Positions 1 to 13,029 of a stretch of DNA of 64,000 bases are shown one piece after another. Positions within the stretch are counted from its first letter, which is position 1. Every line of letters begins with the position of its first letter. The notes under the pieces were generated by a model that did not search any database, was not told the DNA's origin, and saw only the letters and a program-made list of their open reading frames with translations. A program made the position numbers and the translations under genes. The stretch is from Harriotta raleighana (taxonomy: Eukaryota), in contig JBNZDD010013718.1 in the NCBI GenBank assembly GCA_050575255.1, forward strand, positions 6,565,058-6,629,057, read 5' to 3'.

Positions 1-134
1 ATTTCCATATTACTGCTATTAATTTGGATTATGGATTCAATATGAATTTGCATAGCACCTTATATAAAAATATCTCAGAGCAGCGGCAGAGTTTTAAGAG
101 TAAATACAGCATCCATGGCTCCAATGAAACGGGT

Positions 135-378
135 ACGAGATGAATGACTAATTAATCTGTGGGGGCCTTGTTGGCCAGGGAAATTCCCCCTCTCTTTCAC
201 AATATTGTCAGTGGATCTTTAATCTAAGTAGAGGAGATGGGTTAAAGGTTTGTTCAAACTTTCCTTCCAGTAGTGCACTTGAATGTATACCTAGATTATG
301 AGCTGAGATCGCAGAATCTGAGCTAAACCTTGACAATGAACTCTCATCTTTCTGGCTCAGAGGTGCAAACTAAGCAGC
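135..378 (-). mobile_element. Old Deu-domain SINE (SacSINE1-like) fragment
   Basis: Reverse-strand Deu motifs (ttgttggccagg...ttcccc...ggatcttt) and a degenerate tRNA-like head (ttctggctcagagg). Confidence 0.55.
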
Positions 379-3300
379 CTCCAGCCACTTCACGACCAAT
401 TCTCAAGAAGCCTAACACAGAATGAGGAGTGGGAATTACCAGATCATCTGAGATCCGAGCAGGAAACATGAAGTTTTCTCAATTAACAATTGTTGCTAGA
501 CCTCGGCAGCACATGATTTGCATTGCAAAGTTTTGAAGTTTATCCTTATCCAGGAGCCAACATTTCCTCTTAAAGCTCAGGAAAATAACTTAATCAGATT
601 TGGTGTACAAATACGGAGCCAAAGCAGTGCAAGCAGCTTCAGCATTGAGCTGCCAGCAAATAAGTATTGAGAGAAATAGCATACATCGTCCCGTATAATT
701 TGGGTTTGAACACGAGAATTCCCAATGACGTTTTGAAAAATTGAAATGGTGTCATCTGCATCTAAACAGAAGAACAAAAGACAACTCAAAAAAATTAAAA
801 ATTCACCCACCAAAGCTCAATCATATTTTATGATAACAGCATCTAACTTCTGTTAAACTGTCTTTATTTTTTTCCCCCCACCAACTACCCTCCATTAGGA
901 AGGGTAAATTGTTTGCAAAAAAAATCACTGGTAAAGTAAAAAAAATTCATCTTAGCACCCATTTAAAAGCATTAAACACTGACATGACTGACAACTAAAT
1001 GGTGCTTTAATATTCTTTTCAGGTCTTTGAAGATGCGAGGACCCTAGAATCCATCTTTCTGTATGAACTCAGTTTGATGAGGAGTGGATAGTCTCTCTTC
1101 TTTGTTTGTATTCACCTTGGCGGTATGCACTCATAATTGGGAAAGTGCATTATTATAAGACCACTCTGCTGGGATCAGTATGGTTTTGAACACCATACAG
1201 TATATGCAACGTGGTGTGTGTCAGCCATTTACAGAACGACCTCCAAAGTCTGACCATAGTCTGACCACAGGCTTCTCATGAATTCTTCTTACGAACTCGC
1301 AAGTCGTTTCCCCCCTGCTTTCTTAATATTGTTATTTTGTGCATAGTTAAAAGGGTTTCAAAACATTCTCACTTCTTTTTTTAGCCCAGACCCATCAGCA
1401 GTTAAACTGTCCACAAGCCACTGGGAACATTTCTATTCCTTGCATCTAGCACACGCCTCTCAGGGCAGAATTTGAATGCCTTTACATTGTTGCTAAATAG
1501 TGTTAGTGCCACAATTTGTTGCACTGATCCTATTTAGTGGCAAAGAAACACAGGATAAGGTTTTAATCCTGCATTAGTGGAAGTGCATGATTTCAATGCT
1601 GCAAAGTGGGAACACAGGAATTAATGCAACATTTAGAAATAAAGTTTATTACTGCTTTGGGAATGAAATGGCTGAATTAGAGAGAGAGAGACTGGTGAAT
1701 TCCATTCAAGTGATATACTCTTATCATACTGAAAGCATTGTAAGTAAATTAATTAAAGCAAAGTGGTATTGCAGATATGAGGCATCATTTTCTTAAATCA
1801 TGTAATTTAGAATTTTGCAATAAGGAGTGAGGACAGTGTACTGTACTGAAACAAAGTGGGACACCCTGAAGTAATGAAGAGATTGATATTCATGTGTTGC
1901 CAGTAATCATCTGAGCTACTTCTACATTACTGAAATTAATTTTAGAGTAGGAGGCGTTAAGACAGGCATCTCATCATCCGTACCAAGGAGACCAATTTCT
2001 AGACTGGTGGATGTCTTGAGATTCCTTTGGTTGATGGGACAAGAAGAGACAGAGGAAGCAGGGTCATCCGTTCATTAAATCGGAACAGCAAAAGACGACA
2101 AAGCGAGGAGGATTTTTTTGTAAAAAAAGGAAATAAACAGCACAAAAATTAAAAGGCGCAGGAGAATGAGAAATCATTGTTAGTATCTTTAAGATTTAAG
2201 GAGAGGAAGAGATGCAATTGGTAGGTGAAATCCAGGAAGGAAGCGAAGTAGGAGGCTGCAACATAGGTCAAGTTGTAATGCCTTATTACAAATTATTCTG
2301 CAGCAATAAAAAAAAAATATTCAAAAACTAGTTGAAGGACTGAAACCCACAGTGCAGCACACTATCGAGCTGAAAAGTGCATCAGGGGAACAAAGTAAGT
2401 CGGCAACAAACAGCCAAGCTTAAGATTGGAAAAGCCAGTCGCACAATGAAATGGCTCTTGTTGCTTTTGTTGAACACAGACCATATCAAAACAGCATTAA
2501 TAAGCAACTTACCTAACCAATGCAGGCATCATCCGTGTAGTAATAATGCACAATGATGTTGATATCTGAAATGAGCACATGCAAGGAGGTTCAGTTTTTA
2601 ATCACCTTTAGTGCCACCGGTGATGAAAGTCAGAATACAAACTGACTAAATCCAAATATTGCACATAAATCAGTGTTAGTAGTTTATTGAATCTAAGCAC
2701 CTCAAGCATTGTCTGGTAACTAAATCACCAATGATGGAATCACAGCAAAGGCCATTGTCTCAATTGCTGCCTGCAAACCAAAGATTCATTATCGCTCTGT
2801 GTTGCCGATATTTATCCAGTTTACTCCACATTCAAACAAGATAGTTGTAATTGCCCAAGGGATTGTGTTGCTCTCAGGATAGGAAAGTGTGAGTTGAGCA
2901 CTTAACACCATTGAAAGGTAATTGGTACCTGAAGCCAAGGGTGAACGAAGGAGTGAATGTGAAAAAGAAATTGAAAGACAAATTCCTGAATTGCAAATAT
3001 TAGTATACAAAAAGGCAAAAAAAAACTGATCTAACTCAAGGGTTATATTTCTTCTACCCACTAGCAGTCTAACCTCTCCATCCTCGCTGTTCCATTGCAC
3101 CACAGTGCCATAACAGGCCATAACAGCTCACCTTCCCCCTCCTCCCTCCCCCTCCTCTGTGACCATCTGGTCTACCTGTTCTATTGAATTTCACCCCCTC
3201 ATTGTTTAACTTTACAGTGCTAACACCTCTTTTCTACCAAAGTCATTGAAAATGGTCCATTTCCCACCAGATCAATGCTTAACAACATAGACCACAGAAT

Positions 3301-3514
3301 ACAGAAATGTCAAAATAAACACTTGCAATTATTTCATTTATTCCTCGAGACAGTTCAAGTGTTTTCCTTTGATTGTCCTACTTCACCTGTGTACAAATAA
3401 ACAATGGCTCTTATATACTGCATACAGTACAGTGATTTTGTTGTAGTATTCCCAAGTTGGTTCCGTTGCAGGATGCTTCAATGTGCAATTTGTATTAAAA
3501 AAAACATTAATTGT

Positions 3515-3780
3515 TGTAATTGATCTTTCACATCAGGAGGAGGTCCCAAAGAGCTTCACTGGATTAAATTGTAGTGACTGCATATTCTGGAAGTGAGTAC
3601 TGCAACTAATTTGAATGTCCCACAAACAACCATGAAATGAATTATGTGTGATCAATTTTATGGGGATGCTGGGGGGGGTGGGAGGGTGGGGGGGGAAATT
3701 GTTGGCCAGGACACAGTGAGAAATTCCCTTCTCTTTTTACAAAGAATGAGGTGGGATTTTTAGAGTCAACCTGAAGAAGC
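3515..3780 (-). mobile_element. Old Deu-domain SINE fragment
   Basis: tcccaaagagcttcac...tcccacaaac...ttgttggccaggacac...gtgggatttttagagtcaacctga. Confidence 0.6.
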
Positions 3781-5575
3781 AATTTGAGATCTCTCAAGAT
3801 GCATCTATGCCCTCTGGGCTCAGGCAAGTGGGGATGGGGAGGGTCGGTCTCCACCAGGGAGAGACTGCACACTACAGCACTGAGAGTTCTTGCCAGCTAG
3901 AACTGGAGACTCTTAACCATGGCAAAGGTTTCCATCCGTGTCAGAGTCCCAGGTGATCCAAAAAAAAGCTCATTGATAGCTACCCAACCCTGTCATATTA
4001 TTGCTGTGATATGTGTGGGAGAAAATATGAAGGTTACAGTGGAGGATACATTGCGTGGCACAGTTTTGTAGGAATGCTTTGGTAATAATTGAGGGCAGAT
4101 GTTCACGAGGATTTGTTTATACTCGGGCTTGGCTGTAAGCAATTGTGGACAATGCTATTGTGTAAATATGCAATTATTTATCCCAATAAAGCAGAAGATG
4201 TTATATCTGGCATTTTGCCAGTCATATATGGTTTTCCATTCTGTGAAATATTTACTAAGCTATTTGTCAGGATCTCTCTTCATTCCTCATTCAGCAGCTG
4301 TAGCCCAATTAGCACTCTAATGAAGATATCTAATTAACACAATTACCGTTTTGCAGATTACATGCATGAAGGGCAAAAAGGAGTAGTATTTTAAGTACTG
4401 TCCAGAAACTAAGAACAAACAATTTTAAAGTAACGGCAAAGTTCAGATATATTGGGAGTACTATGCCAGCACTTACCATAACACATACTATCCATGTGTT
4501 ATGGTAAATGCCTCTACTTGTGGCTCAGGTGGGAATACCACAAATGCTAAAACACAGCATCTTAATTTTCTGCCATACAATCAGACATTTGTTGGAATTA
4601 TTCAAGCTCACAAACTCAGCAAGTAACAGTTGAGCTACATTATACTTCAATCTGACTGAAATCCAGCGTCTTGGGATGGTCTCCCGACACGAAAGGTACT
4701 CTACAAATAATATTTTCTTGTTCTTTTATTGTCAGTGAATGGTCAATAATTGTACCAAACATCACTTTTGGAGATTGCTTTCTTATTTATTTGTCTATTT
4801 CTTTGTTTCTTTTGCTCCATTATTAATGGAGATCACTTCATTGTGCATTTATAATTATAGTTTCTTATTATAATAGGCATTATCTGGCATTCAACTACAA
4901 GAAAATACATCGAACAAACAACCCATTACGTTTAGTTTGTCCAAATGTTCCTGAATTCTGTTTTATCTTTCCCGTACTATTTACCCGTTCACCGTTGCTC
5001 AGTGAGATTTTTTTCATCCAACTCCCATTGTAAATGTTAACTGTAGAATGTGAAATCAGGTTGATGAGGAATAATTTGTACACTGTGAAAATGTGCAATA
5101 CAGTAGGTATTCGGGGAGTTCTCTGCTTGACCTAAATAATGGAAAGCTTCTTCAAAACTAATCATCACTTTGTAAAGTTTCAGATTTTAAAAAATGGTCA
5201 TTCACTTCAGGGCCATTAGTGGCACATTGCTGCGACAAATTTATTGCCTTGTTTACCTTAAAATACATGATCACTATACTTTACAGTAATTATTATGAAG
5301 CACGTTTAGGAGTTTCAATATAAGGCCAAAAAAAAGGATGATTATATTTTTCTTTGAACTGATCTTTTTTAAAAACATTTGATGTAACTAACCAAGTTTG
5401 CATCTAGTTTGTGACATTCCACATAAACATTTAATTGAATAAACTAACTATAACTATATCGAATAAAAGTGCACCATCCAGTACATTGGAATCAAACAGC
5501 TTCTGAAGCTTCTGAGACCTACTAACTATGTTTGCTAAGTCTGTAATGTTGCACATAGGACTCTGAAATCAGATT

Positions 5576-5973
5576 GACTCAGTCAGCAGGACTCTTGCTT
5601 TTGAATCAGAAAATTGTAAGTTCAAGTCCCAATCTCAGTCTCACACTCTGGGCTCACACTCCAATGCAGAGTTGGAAAGAGTCATCCTTTGGGTGAGATG
5701 TTAAACCAGGGTCCATCTGCTTGTTTAGGAGGACATTAAAGATCCCATGGTACAATTTGAAGAGATAAGGGCAGTCATCCCGATGTGCTGGTCAAAAATC
5801 CACCAACTAAAATTGGCCATTCATTTAATGGCTGCTTGTGAGACATTGCAATGAGGAAATCAGCTGCAACATTTGCCTAATATAGCGTGACTTACTTTGC
5901 AGTTCCATCCTATAAAATCCTGCTTCAAGACAGTGCGGCAACATGATAAGGTGCGATGTGACTGCAAGGATAA
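5576..5973 (+). mobile_element. Near-complete old Deu-domain SINE (SacSINE1/AmnSINE1-type core)
   Basis: tRNA-like head (gactcagtc...gttcaagtccc), Deu core gagatgttaaaccagggtcc...aaagatcccatggtac, and tail tgcaaggataa. Confidence 0.75.
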
Positions 5974-6125
5974 TCTATACTAATAAAGATGAAATGTCTG
6001 TGTGTCTGTTTGTGTATAAGCCAATAATGCAATAACCGATTGACATAGAGACATGATTTATACCCCATCAGAAAGGTCTTGTATCAGGGAGTATTATGAG
6101 AATATGTTTGGGTGGGAATTTCCTA
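5974..6125 (+). mobile_element. Possible non-autonomous Helitron 5' fragment
   Basis: A|TCTATACTAATAAA followed by a GTCT/GTTT microsatellite-like run; no 3' hairpin-CTAG end found. Confidence 0.4.
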
Positions 6126-6249
6126 TTGTTATATAAAGTTCAAAAATGCAACATAAAATATAATAATCTGATAAAGTATAATAATATTACCTAAAAAAAA
6201 TCAGATATAAAGTATAAAAATAAAATTTTAAGTAGAATAAAACTGAAAT

Positions 6250-7650
6250 CTACATTTCATATTGAATGCTGTGGCTGCCTGGAAAATCATTGTACAGAAT
6301 AATTTTATAAGGAATTTTAAAATGGACTCTAATCTCAGAGTTTGTGAGGACTTGTTTTAAATGGCTCAATATTTCCTTTAATTAAAAAAAGTAACAAAGT
6401 AATGCTAAATATAAAATACTATATATACACTGGTAAATAAATCCCAAAAGAGGGAAGAAAACTTACGGTGTAAAAATATAGAATTACAGGTCAGTAGATT
6501 CGATTTATTAATTGAGTAAAATAATCAAATAGTTAAAAATTAAATTTAACTACAAGAATCACATCAGATGCTATAATACTGCAAGAGTAATGAGGAAGAA
6601 GGCAAATTGCAAGAAGATCCTTCGAGTTGTCAGCAAAAAAAACCCTAAAACCAATACAAATAAAACTTCTGTTTTACATGTTCCCCTTATTTATTGTACT
6701 TAATGAAATTGATGACAATTTAATCTGATATTGCTCCAGGAATTGGAGGGGGTAAAATAGGCATTTGCTCTTACATCAAAATGTTCACATTCTGGAAATG
6801 AAACCTCTTATTTTTAAAATCCTGTTTGATCCTTATTACAACATTCCCAAAGTGAAGTTTAGACAACAACATAACTGTTTTTTGTGTGCATTTCACCAAG
6901 GAATATGCAACTTGCAGTGATTTATTAATTCTCCATAAATTGATGTGTAATTTCCAATTGTAACAGAGCTTTTCTACTGCTTTTGTTTAACTCTATAACA
7001 ATGTTCCAAATGTATTTTATGCTGCAACATATGTTATTGCGCAGTCAGTGAAAATCTTGAATCATTTACAATTTGGTGCTTAACATACAGAATACAGCAC
7101 ATCTATCACATCAGAATAAGTGCCACTTACAAGGACAAATGCGGTGACAGAGGAGACACTAAAAGTATCTGACATTACAATAGAGCGATTGGACAGCATC
7201 AAAGAATTCTGCAGCACGGGGAAGACACTGAGGGGAATGGTTTGGTGAAACATTTTGTTGCCTCTATCAAGGTCACCCTAATCTCACTATGTTGGTTGGA
7301 GCCAGTGATCAGATAGGTTAATTTTTATATAATGATCTAGCGAAGGCAACAATATCTTTTACACAATTCTTTCAGACTACACTCTATTCCACAGAGTTTT
7401 GATCACAGTATCTTAGTGGATGGGGGTGTTCTCCACCCTGAGAATACAGCTGTGTGCACTGTGCAGCTGCCAGCATGTGATTTATTAACTCGCTGCAAAA
7501 GGGGTCTAGTGGTATCAACAGTAGTAGCCCTATGGGATAGTTTGATAATGGAACGATTGACACACTCCTTGAAAATGAGACAGGACCAGTTTGAGAAGAT
7601 TTGGGCTCTATATTTAGAATACTCTTCACATTTTCAAGATATGCTAATAA
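6250..7650 (+). mobile_element. Decayed L1-clade LINE ORF2 3' relic
   Basis: LIMERLTHSLKMRQDQFEKIWALYLEY resembles fish L1 ORF2 C-termini. Upstream are a degenerate LCW...IG.F.IMI zinc-knuckle remnant and KGIC...DL-like remnants. Confidence 0.5.
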
Positions 7651-9774
7651 ATTCAACAGGATATTATGGAAATGATCATTCCCTTTGCATTAGGATCATT
7701 TGGGCAGAATTTAAACTCTATAAATTTGATACATTTGTTCCCTTCGATAAATAAATCAAAACTCTTTTCAATTGAGAAGTCACTCGTCAGTTCTAACCAA
7801 CTATGAAAAGACACTAATTTGTCAGTTGCAATAAACACAAAGGGGTTTGTTAAATCCATGCAACGCGACCACTGCTGAGAAAGATTGCTGAGCTAACTGT
7901 ACTAGTATCAATATTTGATCTGAAGAAATGAAATTGCCAGAAAGGCAACACTTTAAACATAAAGTAAATATACAACTGAACACCTTCCAAAGAAATAGAC
8001 AACTTACTCAAACTCAAGTTGTTATTATGCAACATTCCATGTGATGGAAAACAACTTACAGAATTTTTGGCATCTGCTCGCAATCCCATCTTCAGACACA
8101 GAGGTAAAAAGCGAAGCAGTAATTTGTCAATAGACACACAGAAATGATAGTCCTGGATTGTGCAAAATCTAAGTGCTGCACTGGGAGAGTGAGGAGAACA
8201 GCTCCGAGTCATTCCTCTGAGGCTAAAAGTATAGCATTAACGTATGTAGGCTCTCAATTTACTCTTGTCCTTAATTCGGCAAAAGTGCTGTGTTTAAATA
8301 TGTGCCATCACTGTATAAAGCACAGAAGCGTTTTATATTTGGTGAATCAAAGGTCAGTATCATTTTGACATGAGTGACATGGAACATTATCTCGGTGGCA
8401 TGAGCTATATAATGTAGGCCATAAGAAAACATATCACTCAACTATGATAACTATTTTGTCAATTGCAAAGTGTTTTTCTGTGCTCTGAAAAATCATAGGT
8501 AACCAGAGTGTATATAAACAGCAGCACATTTCAGGATTCAGATGATTTTGATAAAACTATTGAACTTCACAGCCACAATTTATGATGCCAATCCCAACTT
8601 TTGACATGCTGTTGCCTTATGATGCACCCACAATGCCATGGGTAGATACTGTTTATTTCACTACCTAATCAATGAAGAATGATTTGCAGATAACCAAGGT
8701 ATCAGGATGTGATTTGTGTGCAAAAAATGTGGGATGGATGACTGTTTCTTCCATTATTTCCAACAAACGAAAGTTGTGTCGTATTCTCATGATCAGGCAT
8801 ATGTATTGTTTTTCCCCAAACCTTATTATGTTTAAAAATCTGAAAAGGGTACGTACCCTTCATTCATAGCATGCTCTTAAGATTACATTATGTTTCTGTT
8901 TTTGATAATGTTTCCCATCTTGACACTATTGTGCCATCCCATCTGTGTTTCTTGGCCAATAATGTTGCATGCAAACGCTGGGCAGCACAAAGCGGAACAG
9001 TAAATCAACATTTTCTTTTCTACTTTGAGAGCTGTTATTAATGCATTGCGATGCAACTTGGATACAGGCTGTGAATCTAGTTTTAATATGTTCCAGCTGC
9101 AACATCTTGTACATATACAAGAACTGGAAAGAACTCAAACACAATATAATTTAACAGCAAGAGTCAATTTAAAGAAAAGAATAAAATAACCTAAACTCCA
9201 GTATTGGTAGAGCTCTGTTGCAATTGCAGTACAAAGAATCAAGCTGTACAAAGTATATTGTTTAAATTATACAACAAACCATAAAATGTTTGATGGGGGA
9301 TGAATGTTATGAGGTTGATGTTGCATGGAAATATGGCCAATATCTCACACACACAGATCATGTGGAAGTGACACTTCTTATGTAGCAGAAACTGCTTTAG
9401 ATTCAGAAACTAAAAGTTTTCTTTATCCAGCCAATGCATTCATAAAAACAGCAAATAATCATACAATCAGGATTTGAGCATTGTCATTTCGAACACACTG
9501 CTCTATCAATGCAGTTTTATGAAGAGTAAAAGTGTACATTATGTAATTCTGTTTTTTCTTTAAAAAAAGGAAAATCAAGCTGCACTCAAAGCATTTTCCA
9601 CAATTCTGCATGACCTTGAAATCTAAAGTAAAATGATCTTATTGACTAAGACGTGATGGAATTTCAGTCTCAATTACCATATCAAACATAGAATTTACTC
9701 TCTGCAGTATACTGGTTGGAGAGCTCTGGGGTTCTACTCCAGAACAAATGTATAGATGTAACCAGCAATAGTTC

Positions 9775-10262
9775 AACAACGAATTACATTTGTATAGCGC
9801 TCCTCTCGTCAAAAAGACATCCCAGGGTTTTGGACAATCAGGGGGTTTTGGATCCGAACTGGGAGTTGGGGGGCCTGAAGGCACAGTCAAAGAGATAGAT
9901 CTTCAACAAGAACAACAAAATTATATTTGTATAGCACCTTTCACGTCAGGAGAATGTCCCAAGTCGCTGGACAGACAGTGTTTCAGATGGGACTTGAAGG
10001 AGGCAAGAGAGGGGGTGAGTGATTGCAGGATAGGTAAGGGGCAGTAAGAAGGCGGAGGGATTTTAAAGCAAGAACGAGTGTTTTGTACTTGATGCTCTGA
10101 TGAGTGGGGAGCCAGTGAAACCTGGCAGGAATGGGGGTGATAGGTTCCCAGAACCTGGTGTGGGAGAGGACTCGAGCTACAGAGTTCTGAATAACAAACA
10201 GCTTGTGGAGGGAAGAGTTGGGAAGTCCAGTACGCAGGCAGCTGGTGTAGTCAAGCCACAAC
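9775..10262 (-). mobile_element. L2 LINE 3' fragments (two tails)
   Basis: ORF LDY...GLP..SLHKL..IQNSVARVL...ITPIPARFHWLP; (TTG)n tails near 9775 and 9905. Confidence 0.85.
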
Positions 10263-13029
10263 GTAATAATGTACTATTCAACAATACAGAGATAGACAGA
10301 CAAAAAAAAGTGAGAAAAGTCCAGTAGATCATCAAGTGCACTTTAATCCCTTTACTCCATCAACATATGATTCTCCGCGATGGCCAATCATTGATGGCTA
10401 CTCACTGCAAACTACGCACTTAGGCACGTTACCAACACTCTGGACAACTGGATAGTATTGAGGAATCCACGCTTCATTTCTTTGTTTAAAAAAACGATAT
10501 AACGTTTTTTGAATATGATTTGGGCTGATAAGATCTCATTTGGTATTAATGTAACCAGTCTTCCGTGACTTTACATTAGAGAGCCATTATTACTATGCAT
10601 TTGCCTTTACATTAAGGAAACTGAACGAAAGCGGACTCATTCAGATTGGCTTGTGCTCCTACTTGGCATGATCATTAACCCTAATAGTTGAAGTTAATTG
10701 AGGTAAAAATTCAGGGCTGCACAAGAAATGTCTATTGTTATAAGTCTGCCACTAAACATCAATCTCCAGCAGACACAGACTGTACCTTTGGTAAGACAAG
10801 CTTTAGAAAGAATTACTTTATTAACAGAAAATGCTAACAATTAGAGTTAACTGCATTTAATAGCTTATTGATTCACATGCATGAAAAAATATGTAAATGC
10901 TACAGGAGCACTGCAGAGCGATGCAGTGAGAAGCGACAGTTACTTCCAGACACAGGAAATAATACCTGTGGGTCCATAAATGTCACTTAAAGGTACATGT
11001 CATGTGCACAACTTTTGAGTAAATTCCATGCATGCATTGTTGTCTTCCATTTATTTTAGCAGATGGACCTTATAGTAACAGCAGCACCTGTGAATTACAT
11101 GGAATATATTCAGCTTGTGCTGAAATTACCAGCTTTATCTTTTTCATTATAATGCATTGCCAGTGTTTTGTTTGACCTTTCTAGTCCCTCAATAAAATCC
11201 ACACTTTCACAAATATAGATACTAACCCATGTAGGTCAAACACCAGGTATAAATCATCTTGGCTTCCAGGCGAAGGCAGAAGGCACTTGGCTTGCTCTGC
11301 TCTGCAGGCTGGCTCCAGATACCACAGAGAGCGATGTGGTGAGAGCTCATGGCGTGTGTGCATGCTTATGGTCTACGGATTTGGCCGAGCTTTCCTTTGG
11401 CCTGAGGGCTGATCTCCAGCCTTGTGGCCAGTTGGATACAGATCGCAGTTTCATAATACCCACTTGACAGCTGGGCGACGTCCTTTCGAAGGCCACAGTA
11501 GATTTTATAGCCCTTCTGTGTTTTGAACAGACGCTTATGAGCGAGACGATAGGATCTAAAATGCGAGTATTCTTAATAGGAGTTGCAAATAACACGTCTC
11601 GCTGGTAACTGGAAATGCGTCTTCCCAAACCGCAGAAATTACATAAAGCTGAAGGTTCATCAAGTGCAGGGAAAATTCTCACTATGAGTGATCTAGTTAC
11701 AAATATTAGATTTTAGATGCTTCTTACTTAATATTGCTAAGAAAAAGTAAAAGTAAAGTGAATAATAGATCTGTGGTAGCAAATGAAAACAGAATGTGAT
11801 TGTTAAATTCTATTCATTATTTAATCTGGATAATTTTGATTATTAGTCCTTAATTGAAAATGGAAACACAGTGAGATACTTCATCATTTTATCCACATAC
11901 TGTTCCAGTTTCCTTTATAGAAAATCTAGATCATGAGAAACAATATTTCAGAAACATTATTTTTAGTTTTTTTGATAATCTCTATGAAACTCAAGAGTTA
12001 ATAGACTTTACTGGAATTCAACAGCATATTGTGCTTGATATTCAGCTTGGCTTTTACTGTGTCAAATTTGAAAAGGAAGTGTAATGGGGCAGTGAGAGCC
12101 TATCTTCACGCTTCGGGGGATACAGGTTCAAATCCCACGGTTGCAAAAATTCTGCAGCCTGCAATGAAAAGTATTTCACAATTCCTGTTCAGGCTAGTAA
12201 TTTGGTGAGGGGAGTGGAGAGGGAATCTGACATTTATGCATGACACCCTGCTACAGTCACACTTCCTGCAGTTCAATTGTGGGTAACATCAATAGTGTTG
12301 TGGGCAAATCATTTTCCAATTTCTGAGCCTATACTCTTTTCTAGAGAGTAGTGGAGGAGTGAATGAGATGGTGGGGGTGGTGGGGGGAGAAGAGGGGGGG
12401 AAGAGAACAGCCCACACGTGGGGACCAATTACAGAAGAAATGTCTGAAATTATGCATCTTAACAATGCCCCAAAAATGCTCAAGTAAAAGTAATTTTACT
12501 CCAGAAATGCATCACAAAATCTTACATAATGATTTGCATGCTTCTGGCTTTTTTTTAAATCCACTGATCAAGCATGGCATTGACCAAGGCGCCCGAGGCT
12601 TGCAACTCATCAAGACGTGACATAAATAGGAGAGCCTCAGTTTAATCTATTTTAAAAGCCATCTTGTACAATTGATTAATCATTTAAATAAAGAGGATGG
12701 AAGCAGCGTATATTGGAATAACATCTGGTTGGGGGAAGAATATCTTTTTAAACTAAATCACTCGCATTCTTCAGCAATGAAAAAAAATAATTCCGGCCAT
12801 CCTGTACGTAGATATATGACATGCAGCTGCTGCGGAGCTTTGCATCACACTTCCTGGCTTCACTTCCACAAAACTCTCAGATGAACCCTCCTCACAATTA
12901 TTTTCTCCGTCCATGTACTTATTTTTCTTAAAGTTTGAAACTTAGAACACAGGTTTGGAGTGATTTGCTATAACAACATCAGTGACAACCTACTGAAAGT
13001 GGGGTAAGATTCATCCCTGGTTTCCACCA

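Noticed and set aside
7478-7487. Pbx-Hox motif TGATTTATTA as a CNE marker
   Set aside because: It lies inside the putative L1 relic, and single motif hits are expected by chance in AT-rich DNA
11229-11239. ROR response element-like CATGTAGGTCA (similar half-sites near 2260, 23780 and 29100)
   Set aside because: All deviate from the WAWNTRGGTCA consensus, and the frequency is compatible with chance
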